64,000 nt of DNA from positions 201,376,001 through 201,440,000 of the forward strand of contig OZ024743.1 in the NCBI GenBank assembly GCA_964016885.1. Direction: 5' to 3'. Source of the stretch: Eledone cirrhosa (lineage: Eukaryota). The notes below the pieces were generated by a model, which did not search any database, was not told where the DNA came from, and saw only the letters and a program-made list of their open reading frames with translations. Of the stretch, positions 25,353 through 40,500 are shown piece by piece. The stretch's first letter is position 1, and each line of letters opens with the position of its first letter. Position numbers and translations under genes: made by a program.

Positions 25353-27771
25353 ATATTCTTTGTTAAGGCCAAATTTGAGTCTTGTTACACCGGAGTTTCT
25401 CTTGTGCTCACAGGATCTTCGGCAAGAGTCAATTGGTAAGTACACAGGAGAAATTACCAATGTACTTAAACTATGAGAAAATTAACAGTTAAAAAAAGGA
25501 AAAAGCTGCTTCAGACTTAATCTTCAATTAACAAAGGGTCTTACTTAAAATTATGACAGAAGGTTTTTAGAAAAACCTGAACACTTTGAAATATACAATT
25601 ACTGAGGCTTGAAAAGTTTGCTTATATTAATATGATATTTGGGTAAAAAATGACTAGATGATGAATCAAAATGGGGGACGAATTGAAGAAACCTTAGTGT
25701 GCAATGGGAGGAATGTTACCTAGGACTCAGACACATCAATGATGCTTCATAACCTCGTTTAGGTAGACAGCTCCCACCAGTGACTGGTATTAAGAGTTTG
25801 GTGACCCAATGAATTTTATGATATAATGTGCTGTGTAATGCAATTGAAAGTAAATGTATATTTTGTGGACCACGTTCTGAAAAAAAAGTTTTGTGTGTCT
25901 GTGTGTATCTAGTTTAGACTAGTCACATCATGTCCTTGGTGTGATTAAAATAGTTTTGTATCATAGAATCAAGTGTGGTTTCAAGCAGTTTAGTATCAAA
26001 AGAGTTAACAACATTGATCTTTCAAAATGGCTACAAAGTTTTCCATTAATTATTTGTCCATGTATATGTATATATTCTTTCACTGGCTTTAATCATTTGA
26101 CTGAACTATGCTATGGCACTGTTATAGTGTGGATTAAAAATAAACCCAAACTACTGACTTTTTATCATATTTTTATTTTTTTAAATCTTTTGAGTTCTCT
26201 AAAGTTTTGAACATCAGAGATTGGGCATGTGGATAGAATGTCCAGGAAAGAATTGCTGGAGAGATTTTATGGGCAAAACCAACCAACAGGACACCCAGGG
26301 GTAGACCTCAAGCAGGATGCATCCATGAGCTCGGATGGTCTCACTTGGGGATCCAGCCGAATCAGTTGGAGATAGTTGCTTCTGTCAGGACCTGCTGGAA
26401 GGAGTGTTTGAAGACTCTGAACCCATGACCCTCTAAGGATTAAATGGGTAAAGAAGAAAAAGAAAAAGAGATTGAGAACTGATATTTAAAACAAAAGATT
26501 TTTTTGAAATTTGAAATAAATTGTTTTCTCAATCAGAAACTGATTACAAATGTAATACATGTTTTGTCATATCTAAATATATTTCAGTTCCATATGAATT
26601 ATATAAGTGTTATCATTATCACCCTTCAAAGTCCCCACTATTTAATGTCTTCTTAAAATTGTGATGATGATGAAGAGGGTGGTACTTGTACATTTCAAAT
26701 GCAAACAAAATATATTTAGATATGATAAAAAGAATTCTGTTTTAATTAATAATTGCATTTTAATCTGTAATATATTGAAACCAAAACAACATTTAAAATT
26801 TTCAGTAAGTGGAACACTAAAACTTAAATGTAAACAATTAAAAATCAATTTATACACTAAAACATGTATTTATAATCTTCACATGCAAAGAAAATATATT
26901 TTATATATATATATATATAACTACTGCAGCTGTAAATTCTGTAACTTTAATCAATTTCTGATTTAAAGCAGAATTAATTAAAACATTGTTTTATAATTAG
27001 TAAACTTTATTTTTTTGCAGATTCAAAATCTTTATTGTTAAAAACCAAATCATATAAAGCAAAACACGGCATAATAATAAAAAGTTTGAAGAGGTTAAAC
27101 AAATATTTTCTATAGAACCTCACTGTAGTCATTTGATTTGCTAGAAATCACAAACAAAATACACTACGGTTATCCTAATTAGCATTATTTTTACGTTGAC
27201 TTTTCCATGCTTGCATGGGTTAGATAGGTCATTTGAAGTCAATGTTTTACAGCTGGATGCCCTTCCTGATACTAATCCTTTTTAGTCACATCTTACAGCA
27301 TGCAGAGGATATGATCTATCTATTCTAATCAGGATATATATGAACTACACACTACATTTACATATAAAATACATTTTATTCAGCTGATTGACTCTTTTCT
27401 TACCATATTTATACTGCATATAATTTTCAAATCTTTTCAAAAATAATCAAGAATTCCAATTAAATTAGAAATATAACTAAATTTCTCATTATTAAGTTGA
27501 TATTTAGAGCATAACCTAAAGTTAACAAAGGGTAACATCATTTGTATGCACTGTATTATTTATATCAGCTCAATATTGTATACCTGTAATCCTATAAGAG
27601 AACAGATTGCATTGCATATAAATGATGATTGTTGGCTGAAGAGATCCCATTGACATGCAGCTGCAATAGAGGAAGACTGAGAAAGATCTGGGTAGAAGTG
27701 GTTAGAGCAGATCCCAAAACATTGAACCTCTTCTTTCCATTGGGAACTCCATAAACTTCTTCACCAAATAA

Positions 27772-28420
27772 TTGTTTCTACTTTTGGCACAAGGCCAGCA
27801 ATTACCCAGTACATTACTGGTACTTTATTTTATCGACCCCGTAAGGATGAAAGGCAAAGTTAACCTCGGCGGGATTTGAACTCAGAATGGAAAGGGCCGT
27901 AACTCTATGCATCAAAGCATGGTGTCCGACCCTCTACCGATACTGCCAATCCACCACCAAATAATCATCATCAATATATGCATCACATGTCCATACCAGT
28001 GCAATCATCTCTCTTGCACACTACAATTGGTTCCAAACACCAACTTGAAACAGAAAATGAACATGGGCCTTCTGACAGAACTTGAACCAAGTATTTTTGG
28101 CTTGCAAGTTAACACTTACAAGCAAGAAGAAATGAATTTAAAAGGATTGCAAAACCATATAAATAATTGTTTCTACTTTTGGCACAAGGCCATCAATTAT
28201 CCCAGTGCATTGCTGGTACTTTATTTTATCGACCCCGTAAGGATGAAAGGCAAAGTCAACCTCGGCGGGATTTGAACTCAGATCGCAAAACCATATAAAT
28301 AATGATGATGATGTTTTCTGACTTAGGCACGAGGCCAACAATTTTGAGCGGGGAGAAAAGTCCATTAAATTGACACCAGTGCATTACTGGTACTTTAGTT
28401 TATTGAGGATGAAAGGCAAG
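27772..28420 (-). mobile_element. tRNA-SINE copies with MetaSINE-like core (three)
   Basis: Reverse complement of GAGTTCAAATCCCGCCGAGGTTAACTTTGCCTTTCATCCTTACGGGGTCGATAAAATAAAGTACCAGT. Confidence 0.75.
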
Positions 28421-30704
28421 CCAATTCTGCCTTTCATCTTTATGGATATACGTCTTCGTGTGTGTTCATACATGCTTATGTGTATATGGGTGATGTGGTT
28501 AAGAAGTTTGCTTTGCAATTATGAAGTTACTGTAGGTCCAATTCTATGGAGTGGCATCCTGAGAATGTAACATTCACCATGGTCTTTGATCAACACAAGT
28601 CTTGTGAGTACAATTGAGTAAATGGAAACTGTGTGGAATAATGTTGGATGCATTATATCTGTAATTCAAAAGACCAGCCTTGCTAGATTGTCTCACACTG
28701 CTTCTACCTGAGGGTTATATTACTGGTATATATGTGTCTATAAAATTCTTAATCATTTACAGTAATTTAATGAGACAATGTTTTACTGCTGGATACCTTC
28801 CCAATACTACCAGTTCTAACCATTTTAGTCATCTCATGTGACTCACAGGGATATGGTGTTATGATGTACCATTTTTAAACTGGATACATACAGGCAGGGC
28901 CAGATTTAATGGGGGTGAAACAGGGCAATTGCCCTGGGGGCCATGCAGTGTGGAGCCTCACCAACAATGGCTATAGCAATTTATTTGTGCCATCAGCTGG
29001 TCATATCCTAAAGTTAGAATTTTCGAATTTAATCCCTTTATGTATAATAACTTTTCAATTCCAATTACCTGGTCCAAGCTAACTTTGAAATGCAAAATTG
29101 AGGGTTTTGCTATTTATTCTAATTTGTTGTGCATGCGTGGGAGGCTCCTCCAAACCTGAACCGTCATGGGCACCCACAAGGTCTAATCTAATTCTGTACA
29201 AACAGGTAAAAAAAAAGAAATAAAAAGAATATACTGGTATCTATTTCTAAAATATATATTTGTATAAATATATTCATATATGAAAACGTCAACAATAGCT
29301 CTTTGTAAAATTCATAAAAGACCAATTTGAATACACTTCAATAAATATATCTTTTGTAAACTGACTCAATTAATATGTGTTATTTTACACACCCTTTCCA
29401 CCAAAAAACAATAACAAAGGAACAAAGGAAATCTTTAAATCAATTACCATGATATATTTGGTGGCCTCAACTCTCTATTTTCTCTCTATTTTTAAATATC
29501 TAAATAATTGTGTAACAAATGATATAAGTTACAATAGGTAAGATTTCTTTGCAACTGTGTGATCATTTAATATGAATCACACCTGTTGTTTGTGTTTAGC
29601 TTTCTATTGTTCTCAACAAACATCCCATTCTCACACCAGCTATTGCTCTATATTGGTTTAGTTTTTATTCTTATCTCTCACACACACACACTCTCTCTCT
29701 GGCTCCCTCTCTCTCTCTCTCTCTCTTGCTTTGTCATACATACATGCATATATACATACATACATGCAGACATACATAGATGCATACATACTGCTGTTAA
29801 ACTCTCTCTTGCTCTTTGTTATATATACATACTCACTGCTGTTAAACTCACTCTCTTTGTTATTAATACATACATAAATACATACATACTTACATACATA
29901 CATATATACCCACTGCTGTTAAGCTCTCTCTCTCTTTCTCTCTTTTTGTTATTCATACATACACAATAGCTTCATCTTAATTTCAAAAATTGCCATCACT
30001 TGAAAATTTTCTCAGACATGGCTGGTACAAATATAAATATTTAAGCCCTGCCAAGGACATACATTCCTTTCTGCATATGCTACAATGGGGAAAAAAAATA
30101 ATATTTTTTTTGTTAAAGCCAGTCATACTCATGCAATACATACACATGGTGTTTAGATAAAGTATTGTCTATACTTGAAGTTTTTTTAAGTGAAGACAGG
30201 TCTTACGCTGGTCAAATCACACTCTCTGAACAACAGTGATAGATATTCAAAAAGAACAGGTTAACATTATTGGTTGCTATTGAGTCACAGGTTTTATATC
30301 AGAGTTTTCCTTCTAGAATGATGTCCTAACAAGGTTGGAGGTTTCTCACTCAGACACCAAGAACAAAGACAATATAAGGTTTCTGAAGACGCTTTGGGCT
30401 GGACAAAGAGGTGACAACATCGCTAGAGGTGGTACCATGGTAATACACACCCAGTCCACTCTGTAAAATGGTAGTGCAGGTGCCTTAAAAAAACATACCA
30501 AGTACAGCCTGTAAGGTTGTTGATGTTAGCAAAGTCATCCAGTCATAGAAACCATATGAAAACATCAACAATATGGAACATATTGCCAAGAGGTTGTCAC
30601 CTGGAAAGTCTTGCTTCAGAATGTAACAACGTACCTAAACCATGCCAGCATGGGAAATGATAGTAATGACAATGATGATGTATGTGTATTTTATTTGTAC
30701 ATGC

Positions 30705-31015
30705 ATCATCATTACCGTTTAACATCCATTTTTCCATGATAGCATGGGTTAGGCAAGTTGTCCTGTTGTGAGAAATGCCAGGTCAGATGACCATATTTTG
30801 CTCATACAGAACTAATTTTGGCTTGGTTTCTACAGCTGGATGCCCTTCCTAATGCCAACCACATTTACGGTGCTTTTTGTTGTGACACCTACATGGCCAC
30901 TTTACAGTATGGCTTCGTGCTTTTTGTCATGACACCTACACGAGCACCTTACAGTGTGGGCTGGTTGCTTTCTGTTGTGTCGCCATCATGACCACTTTAC
31001 AGTGTAGGCTGGACC
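30705..31015 (-). mobile_element. RTE-type 3' end or RTE-tailed SINE fragment
   Basis: CATCAT..TTTAACATCC..AGCATGGGTTAG..CAGCTGGATGCCCTTCCTAA matches the RTE 3' UTR at 10940-11090. Confidence 0.7.
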
Positions 31016-31855
31016 CTTGTATATGTATATGTATGTAATTATATATATGCTACACGCATTATTTCTTTGTTTTTATCTTAACCATGTTCCAATAAATCTA
31101 TGATCAAAGGTATTTCAATGTATTTCTATCCTGTCATATTTTTCAATACAGTACATCGAGAAAAATACCCAATAAAGTGTTCATTTATTATTTCAAACCT
31201 TTTATTATTATATTTCTAATGATAGACACTACCCATGGTTTTAAAATAATCAAAAACTTGGAGGAATTAATAATATAATTAACTTTTTATTTATTAAGAT
31301 GCTGTTTGGAATATAACAAAGGGTCTTACAAAGAATTATAATGGAAAGTTTTTTTAAAATAAATATAGCCACTTTAACAAACATTTTGTATCACAAAACT
31401 AGCAGCAGTTTCAAGTGGTTTAGCTCAAAAATGGTTATGGCAGGATATAACTCGAGGAAGATATGGCTACTATCTCTTGCATGTTAAGTAACAACATACA
31501 GGCCTCCTCACTCTCACACACAGGTGTGTGTGGTGGTGTTTATATGGCAGCTTGCTAAGGTTTTATCCAAGAGACAAAAGACAAGCTGTCAACCAAAAAA
31601 TGAGTAAATTTAACAATTCCAACATATGTAGCATATTAAAAAATATTAGAAAACCATATTATAAATTTCAAATGCTTCATAACAGATAAAACATAATCAA
31701 AAAACCATGAAAATTGAAATGAAATATCCATTTTATTTTTAATTTCTATGGTTTCGCTTTACCATTCTGTTTTTTAAATCTCATTTTTAAGCAATTTATT
31801 TGATTTTAATTGTCATATCATCATCACTATCACCACGACCACAACCACGACCACC

Positions 31856-31886
<31 letters not shown>

Positions 31887-31904
31887 ACATTGTCAGTATT
31901 TTTC

Positions 31905-32240
31905 ACTGATGACTTAGACATCTTTTCAAATTTCTTGAAGTAAAGTATATGTACCAACCATGTAGCTCCAGCCTAAATCCAGGTGTCATGGCCCACAATG
32001 CAAAGAACAGGATGTTGAGCAAATACCAGGACTTGTCCAGCAACTTCCTCTTCACACTGGTCCCTGTTGAGACCTCAAGCATCCTCAGATCCCATACAGC
32101 TGACCTCCTCCATAAATTCCGAATGACAGTAACTTGTCTGAGGAAAGAGCCCCGCGAGGTGGGGTAGCTGTGGCAGTTGGTGTTCCTGCTGGCCATTGTC
32201 CGCAGCAATGCCTTTGCTATTTTGTTTGCAGAGCACATTC
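31905..32240 (+). pseudogene. Decayed C-terminus of an RLE-type (CRE-like) non-LTR retrotransposon
   Basis: Translation ..SKYQDLSSNFLFTLVPVETSS..LLHKF..REVG*LWQ..AIVRSNAFAI resembles the KY..L...F.P..VET.G...QR.S.AI.RGNA C-terminus of RLE LINEs. Confidence 0.55.
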
Positions 32241-32371
32241 AAAACAATTGTCATCGTAATCATTTAAATCTTCGTTAGTTTCACATTGATACTTATAGAT
32301 CTATTATAGGCTTTATATGAATACTTTATTAAACTGGATACTGAATCAGAAGTAATAATGATGTTGATGAT

Positions 32372-32850
32372 AATTGTTTCTACTTTTGGCACAAGGCCAG
32401 CAATTACCCAGTACATTACTGGTACTTTATTTTATCGACCCCGTAAGGATGAAAGGCAAAGTTAACCTCGGCGGGATTTGAATTCAGATCATAAAGCGCC
32501 GTAACTCTTTGCTGCAAATTATTATAATATTTGAATTTTAGGAGCTACATTAAATGTTTATCTTTAGTGTCCATTGTCAGTCATTTTATCTACGATGAAT
32601 CATGAAAAATGAGTGAAACAAAAAAAATAAATGTTAAACAATTAAAAACAATATGTCTGACCCTCTACCAATACTACCAATTCAGGATTGGCAGTATTGG
32701 TGGAGCGTCAGTATAAAGTTATGGTCCTTTATGTTCTGAGTTCTAATCCCACCGAGGTTAACTTTGCCTTTCATCGTTATGGGGTCGATAAAATAAAGTA
32801 CCAGTAATACACTGGAGTAATTGCTGGCCTTGTGCCAAAAGTAGAAACAA
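32372..32850. mobile_element. Two MetaSINE-like tRNA-SINE copies in opposite orientation (32372-32505 -, 32685-32850 +)
   Basis: Same core as 27772-28420. Confidence 0.75.
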
Positions 32851-33410
32851 TTATTATGATAATGTTGATGATGATGATGATGATGATGATAATAATGATG
32901 ATAATGATGATGATGATGATGAGGATGATGATGATGATGATGTTGATAATGATGGTAATGAGCCATCACTATCATGATGATAATGTTGATGATGATGATG
33001 GTGATGGTGGTGTTTGTGATGATGACGATGATGATCATTGTGATGATAATGGTGATGACAATGATGATGCTAGTGGTGATAATGGTGATAATGATGACAC
33101 TGATGTTGATGATGGTAAAGGTGATGTTGATGATGATGATGACAATGATAATAAATGTTAATATCAGCCCCAAGGTGAGCAAACAATGAAAGGTGTTCCA
33201 GCTGTGACCACCTAGTCATGTTTTCATATATATAGCATAGAAAATATTTTCTAATGTATCCTTTATTTGTTATTTTTTTTTAAAGGTGTGTTGTAAGAAG
33301 ATGACTGTTTTAGAGGCAGCCTTCACTTGCCTCATTGTAGCTATGTCTCTGGGTTGTGAAAGTTTTCTTGGGAGCTACAGGTGTCACCCGTTGCTCCATA
33401 TCCTCTACAG

Positions 33411-33720
33411 CAGTGCTTCTCAAACTATCTGATGTGGCGGACCGGTATTTTTTTTTCAATGTGCCACGTACCGCTAATATTTTGTAGTAATATTAATTTA
33501 TACCGGAAACCATATATATATAATGAATAAAATAATAGTTGATCATTTTTTTATCTTCTATTTATTTTGTAAACAAATAATACAATATCAAAACATATAA
33601 AAATGTAAAAAAAAAATTCCTCAATGATTCCATAGCATTATCTGGACACTGGCCGCGTACCAGTAGCTGATGGCTCGTGTACCGGCTCCGGTCCGTGGAC
33701 CACCACTTTGAGTAGCACTG
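33411..33720. mobile_element. hAT/Charlie-like MITE
   Basis: TIRs CAGTGCTTCTCAAA / TTTGAGTAGCACTG; flanks CTCTACAG / CTCTAGTA (imperfect 8-bp TSD resembling the Charlie NTCTAGAN target). Confidence 0.75.
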
Positions 33721-34519
33721 CTCTAGTAGTTTACCGCTGTTGGTCTGGGGTTGTTTATTCTTTCGGCAGTTGCCCGCTTATATAGCAACTAGCGATCATA
33801 TCTGATGGTCGTATTGCTAGCCACCACCTGCGACCCATTCTCTAGCAGAAGAATAGGAATTGGCAGAATTATCTGGGGATTGGATTAAGTGCCTCAGTAT
33901 TTCGTCTGACTCACTGTGCTCTGAGTTCAAATCTCACCAAAGTCAACTTTGTCTTTTATCTTTTTGAGGTGATTAAATAAATGACCAGTTAAATACTGGG
34001 GGTCAATTTTTCCTTTTATCTCTCTTTATCCCTTTCTCTCACTCTCTTTCACTCCTCTGCAAGAAATCAGCTGTATTCAAACCTAGAAAGAAATAGGCTC
34101 TACCAGATTTAAAATGCCCAAGAAATGTTGTGTGTTACAAAAGTGCTTTAATGACCCTCTTTTGTTTTCAGTCTAAGGATAATTTAGTTGCTATTTTCAG
34201 CAGTTGAAGTAACTGCATGGTGGCTTTCTGAGTCCCTTGATGGTGACAAAGTTGCTGGTGGGGATAATGATGAGAAGAATAACAAGAATGGAAAGCATGA
34301 TGCTGGTGATTACGGTGTTGGAAAGCAAAGAAATTTGCAGATTTAGAATGATATTGTTACTGTAGTGGTGGTAGTAGGAGTAGTTGTAGGAGTAGTGGTA
34401 GGAGTAGTGGTTATAATGGAGTACATGATGATGATGATGATGATGAACAGCATGTTAATGGTTAGGATAATGATGATGATGAGGAAGACTATGGAGAGCA
34501 TGATGAGGATTTAGATGAT

Positions 34520-37500
34520 AGTGGTGTTGGTAATGATGATGATGATGGTAATGATAATGATGAGGAGAGCATGGTGTTGGTGATGATGATGATGATGGTA
34601 ATGATGAGGAGAGCATGGTGTTGTTGGTGATGATGATGATGATGGTAATGATGAGGAGAGCATGGTGTTGGTGATGATGATGATGATGATGGTAATGATG
34701 AGGAGAGCATGGTGTTGGTGATGATGATGATGATGGTAATGATGAGGAGAGCATGGTGTTGGTGATGATGATGATGATGGTAATGATGAGGAGAGCATGG
34801 TGTTGTTGGTGATGATGATGATGATGGTAATGATGAGGAGAGCATGGTGTTGGTGATGATGATGATGATGATGGTAATGATGAGGAGAGCATGGTGTTGG
34901 TGATGATGATGATGGTAATGATGAGGAGAGCATGGTGTTAGTGATGATGATGATGATGGTAATGATGAGGAGAGCATGGTGTTGGTGATGATGATGATGA
35001 TGGTAATGATGAGGAGAGCATGGTGTTGGTGATGATGATGATGATGATGGTAATGATGAGGAGAGCATGGTGTTGGTGATGATGATGATGATGGTAATGA
35101 TGAGGAGAGCATGGTGTTGGTGATGATGATGATGATGGTAATGATGAGGAGAGCATGGTGTTGGTGATGATGATGATGATGGTAATGATGAGGAGAGCAT
35201 GGTGTTGTTGGTGATGATGATGATGATGGTAATGATGAGGAGAGCATGGTGTTGGTGATGATGATGATGATGATGGTAATGATGAGGAGAGCATGGTGTT
35301 GGTGATGATGATGATGGTAATGATGAGGAGAGCATGGTGTTAGTGATGATGATGATGATGGTAATGATGAGGAGAGCATGGTGTTGGTGATGATGATGAT
35401 GATGGTAATGATGAGGAGAGCATGGTGTTGGTGATGATGATGATGATGGTAATGATGAGGAGAGCATGGTGTTGGTGATGATGATGATGATGATGGTAAT
35501 GATGAGGAGAGCATGGTGTTGGTGATGATGATGATGGTAATGATGAGGAGAGCATGGTGTTAGTGATGATGATGATGATGGTAATGATGAGGAGAGCATG
35601 GTGTTGGTGATGATGATGATGATGGTAATGATGAGGAGAGCATGGTGTTGGTGATGATGATGATGATGGTAATGATGAGGAGAGCATGGTGTTGGTGATG
35701 ATGATGATGATGATGGTAATGATGAGGAGAGCATGGTGTTGGTGATGATGATGATGATGATGGTAATGATGAGGAGAGCATGGTGTTGGTGATGATGATG
35801 ATGATGGTAATGATGAGGAGAGCATGGTGTTGGTGATGATGATGATGATGGTAATGATGAGGAGAGCATGGTGTTGGTGATGATGATGGTGATGATGATG
35901 GTAATGATGAGGAGAGCATGGTCTTGGTGATGATGATGATGATGGTAATGATGAGGAGAGCATGGTGTTGGAGATGATGATGATGATGATGGTAATGATG
36001 AGGAGAGCATGGTGTTGGTGATGATGATGATGATGGTAATGATGAGGAGAGCATGGTGTTGGTGATGATGATGATGATGGTAATGATGAGGAGAGCATGG
36101 TGTTGGTGATGATGATGGTGATGATGATGGTAATGATGAGGAGAGCATGGTCTTGGTGATGATGATGATGATGGTAATGATGAGGAGAGCATGGTGTTGG
36201 AGATGATGATGATGATGATGGTAATGATGAGGAGAGCATGGTGTTGGTGATGATGATGATGATGGTAATGATGAGGAGAGCATGGTGTTGGTGATGATGA
36301 TGATGATGGTAATGATGAGGAGAGCATGGTGTTGGTGATGATGATGATGATGATGGTAATGATGAGGAGAGCATGGTGTTGGTGATGATGATGATGATGA
36401 TGGTAATGATGAGGAGAGCATGGTGTTGGTGATGATGATGGTGATGGTAATGATGAGGAGAGCATGGTGTTGGTGATGATGATGATGATGATGGTAATGA
36501 TGAGGAGAGCATGGTGTTGGTGATGATGATGATGATGGTAATGATGAGGAGAGCATGGTGTTGGTGATGATGATGGTGATGGTAATGATGAGGAGAGCAT
36601 GGTGTTGGTGATGATGATGGTAATGATAATGATGAGGAGAGCATGGTGTTGGTGATGATGATGATGATGATGGTAATGATGAGGAGAGCATGGTGTTGGT
36701 GATGATGATGATGATGATGGTAATGATGAGGAGAGCATGGTGTTGGTGATGATGATGATGATGATGGTAATGATGAGGAGAGCATAGTGTTGGTGATGAT
36801 GATGATGATGATGGTAATGATGAGGAGAGCATAGTGTTGGTGATGATGATGATGATGGTAATGATGAGGAGAGCATGGTGTTGGTGATGATGATGATGAT
36901 GGTAATGATGAGGAGAGCATGGTGTTGGTGATGATGATGATGATGGTAATGATGAGAAGAGCATGGTGTTGGTGATGATGATGATGATGGTAATGATGAG
37001 GAGAGCATGGTGTTGGTGATGATGATGATGATGATGGTAATGATGAGGAGAGCATAGTGTTGGTGATGATGATGATGATGGTAATGATGAGGAGAGCATG
37101 GTGTTGGTGATGATGATGATGATGGTAATGATGAGGAGAGCATGGTGTTGGTGATGATGATGATGATGGTAATGATGAGGAGAGCATGGTGTTGGTGATG
37201 ATGATGATGATGATGGTAATGATGAGGAGAGCATAGTGTTGGTGATGATGATGATGATGGTAATGATGAGGAGAGCATGGTGTTGGTGATGATGATGATG
37301 ATGGTAATGATGAGGAGAACATGGTGATGATGATGATGATGATGATGGTAATGATGAGGAGAGCATGGTGTTGGTGATGATGATGATGGTAATGATGAGG
37401 AGAGCATGGTGTTGGTGATGATGATGATGATGATGGTAATGATGAGGAGAGCATGGTGTTGGTGATGATGATGATGATGATAATGATGAGGAGAGCATGG

Positions 37501-40500
37501 TGTTGGTGATGATGATGATGATGGTAATGATGAGGAGAGCATGGTGTTGGTGATGATGATGATGATGGTAATGATGAGGAGAGCATGGTGTTGGTGATGA
37601 TGATGATGATGGTAATGATGAGGAGAGCATGGTGTTGGTGATGATGATGATGATGGTAATGATGAGGAGAGCATGGTGTTGGTGATGATGATGATGGTAA
37701 TGATGAGGAGAGCATGGTGTTGGTGATGATGATGATGATGGTAATGATGAGGAGAGCATGGTGTTGGTGATGATGATGATGATGATGGTAATGATGAGGA
37801 GAGCATGGTGTTGGTGATGATGATGATGATGGTAATGATGAGGAGAGCATGGTGTTGGTGATGATGATGATGATGATGGTAATGATGAGGAGAGCATGGT
37901 GTTGGTGATGATGATGATGATGGTAATGATGAGGAGAGCATGGTGTTGGTGATGATGATGATGATGATGGTAATGATGAGGAGAGCATGGTGTTGGTGAT
38001 GATGATGATGATGGTAATGATGAGGAGAGCATGGTGTTGGTGATGATGATGATGATGGTAATGATGAGGAGAGCATGGTGTTGGTGATGATGATGATGAT
38101 GATGGTAATGATGAGGAGAGCATGGTGTTGGTGATGATGATGATGATGGTAATGATGAGGAGAGCATGGTGTTGGTGATGATGATGATGATGATGGTAAT
38201 GATGAGGAGAGCATGGTGTTGGTGATGATGATGATGATGATGGTAATGATGAGGAGAGCATGGTGTTGGTGATGATGATGATGGTAATGATGAGGAGAGC
38301 ATGGTGTTGGTGATGATGATGATGATGGTAATGATGAGGAGAGCATGGTGTTGGTGATGATGATGATGATGGTAATGATGAGGAGAGCATGGTGTTGGTG
38401 ATGATGATGATGATGATGATGGTAATGATGAGGAGAGCATGGTGTTGGTGATGATGATGATGATGATGGTAATGATGAGGAGAGCATGGTGTTGGTGATG
38501 ATGATGATGATGGTAATGATGAGGAGAGCATGGTGTTGGTGATGATGATGATGATGGTAATGATGAGGAGAGCATGGTGTTGGTGATGATGATGATGGTA
38601 ATGATGAGGAGAGCATGGTGTTGGTGATGATGATGATGATGATGGTAATGATGAGGAGAGCATGGTGTTGGTGATGATGATGATGATGGTAATGATGAGG
38701 AGAGCATGGTGTTGGTGATGATGATGATGATGGTAATGATGAGGAGAGCATGGTGTTGGTGATGATGATGATGATGATGATGGTAATGATGAGGAGAGCA
38801 TGGTCTTGGTGATGATGATGATGGTAATGATGAGGAGAGCATGGTGTTGGTGATGATGATGATGATGATGGTAATGATGAGGAGAGCATGGTGTTGGTGA
38901 TGATGATGGTGATGGTAATGATGAGGAGAGCATGGTGTTGGTGATGATGATGATGATGGTAATGATGAGGAGAGCATGGTGTTGGTGATGATGATGATGA
39001 TGATGGTAATGATGAGGAGAGCATGGTGTTGGTGATGATGATGGTGATGATGGTAATGATGAGGAGAGCATGGTGTTGGTGATGATGATGGTGATGGTAA
39101 TGATGAGGAGAGCATGGTGTTGGTGATGATGATGATGATGGTAATGATGAGGAGAGCATGGTGTTGGTGATGATGATGGTGATGGTAATGATGAGGAGAG
39201 CATGGTGTTGGTGATGATGATGATGATGGTAATGATGAGGAGAGCATGGTGTTGGTGATGATGATGATGATGATGGTAATGATGAGGAGAGCATGGTGTT
39301 GGTGATGATGATGGTAATGATAATGATGAGGAGAGCATGGTGTTGGTGATGATGATGATGATGGTAATGATGAGGAGAGCATGGTGTTGGTGATGATGAT
39401 GATGATGGTAATGATGAGGAGAGCATGGTGTTGGTGATGATGATGATGATGATGGTAATGATGAGGAGAGCATGGTGTTGGTGATGATGATGGTAATGAT
39501 AATGATGAGGAGAGCATGGTGTTGGTGATGATGATGATGATGGTAATGATGAGGAGAGCATGGTGTTGGTGATGATGATGATGATGGTAATGATGAGGAG
39601 ACCATGGTGTTGGTGATGATGATGGTGATGGTAATGATGAGGAGAGCATGGTGTTGGTGATGATGATGGTGATGGTAATGATGAGGAGAGCATGGTGTTG
39701 GTGATGATGATGATGATGGTAATGATGAGGAGAGCATGGTGTTGGTGATGATGATGATGATGGTAATGATGAGGAGAGCATGGTGTTGGTGATGATGATG
39801 ATGATGGTAATGATGAGGAGAGCATGGTGTTGGTGATGATGATGGTGATGGTAATGATGAGGAGAGCATGGTGTTGGTGATGATGATGATGATGGTAATG
39901 ATGAGGAGAGCATGGTGTTGGTGATGATGATGATGATGATGGTAATGATGAGGAGAGCATGGTGTTGGTGATGATGATGGTAATGATAATGATGAGGAGA
40001 GCATGGTGTTGGTGATGATGATGATGATGGTAATGATGAGGAGAGCATGGTGTTGGTGATGATGATGATGATGGTAATGATGAGGAGAGCATGGTGTTGG
40101 TGATGATGATGGTGATGGTAATGATGAGGAGAGCATGGTGTTGGTGATGATGATGGTGATGGTAATGATGAGGAGAGCATGGTGTTGGTGATGATGATGA
40201 TGATGATGGTAATGATGAGGAGAGCATGGTGTTGGTGATGATGATGGTAATGATAATGATGAGGAGAGCATGGTGTTGGTGATGATGATGATGATGGTAA
40301 TGATGAGGAGAGCATGGTGTTGGTGATGATGATGATGATGATGGTAATGATGAGGAGAGCATGGTGTTGGTGATGATGATGATGATGATGGTAATGATGA
40401 GGAGAGCATGGTGTTGGTGATGATGATGATGATGATAATGATGAGGAGAGCATGGTGTTGGTGATGATGATGATGATGGTAATGATGAGGAGAGCATGGT

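Noticed and set aside
28893-29200. Possible hAT-like MITE (CAGGGCCAGATT..AATCTAATTCTG)
   Set aside because: TIRs too degenerate and TSD not convincing
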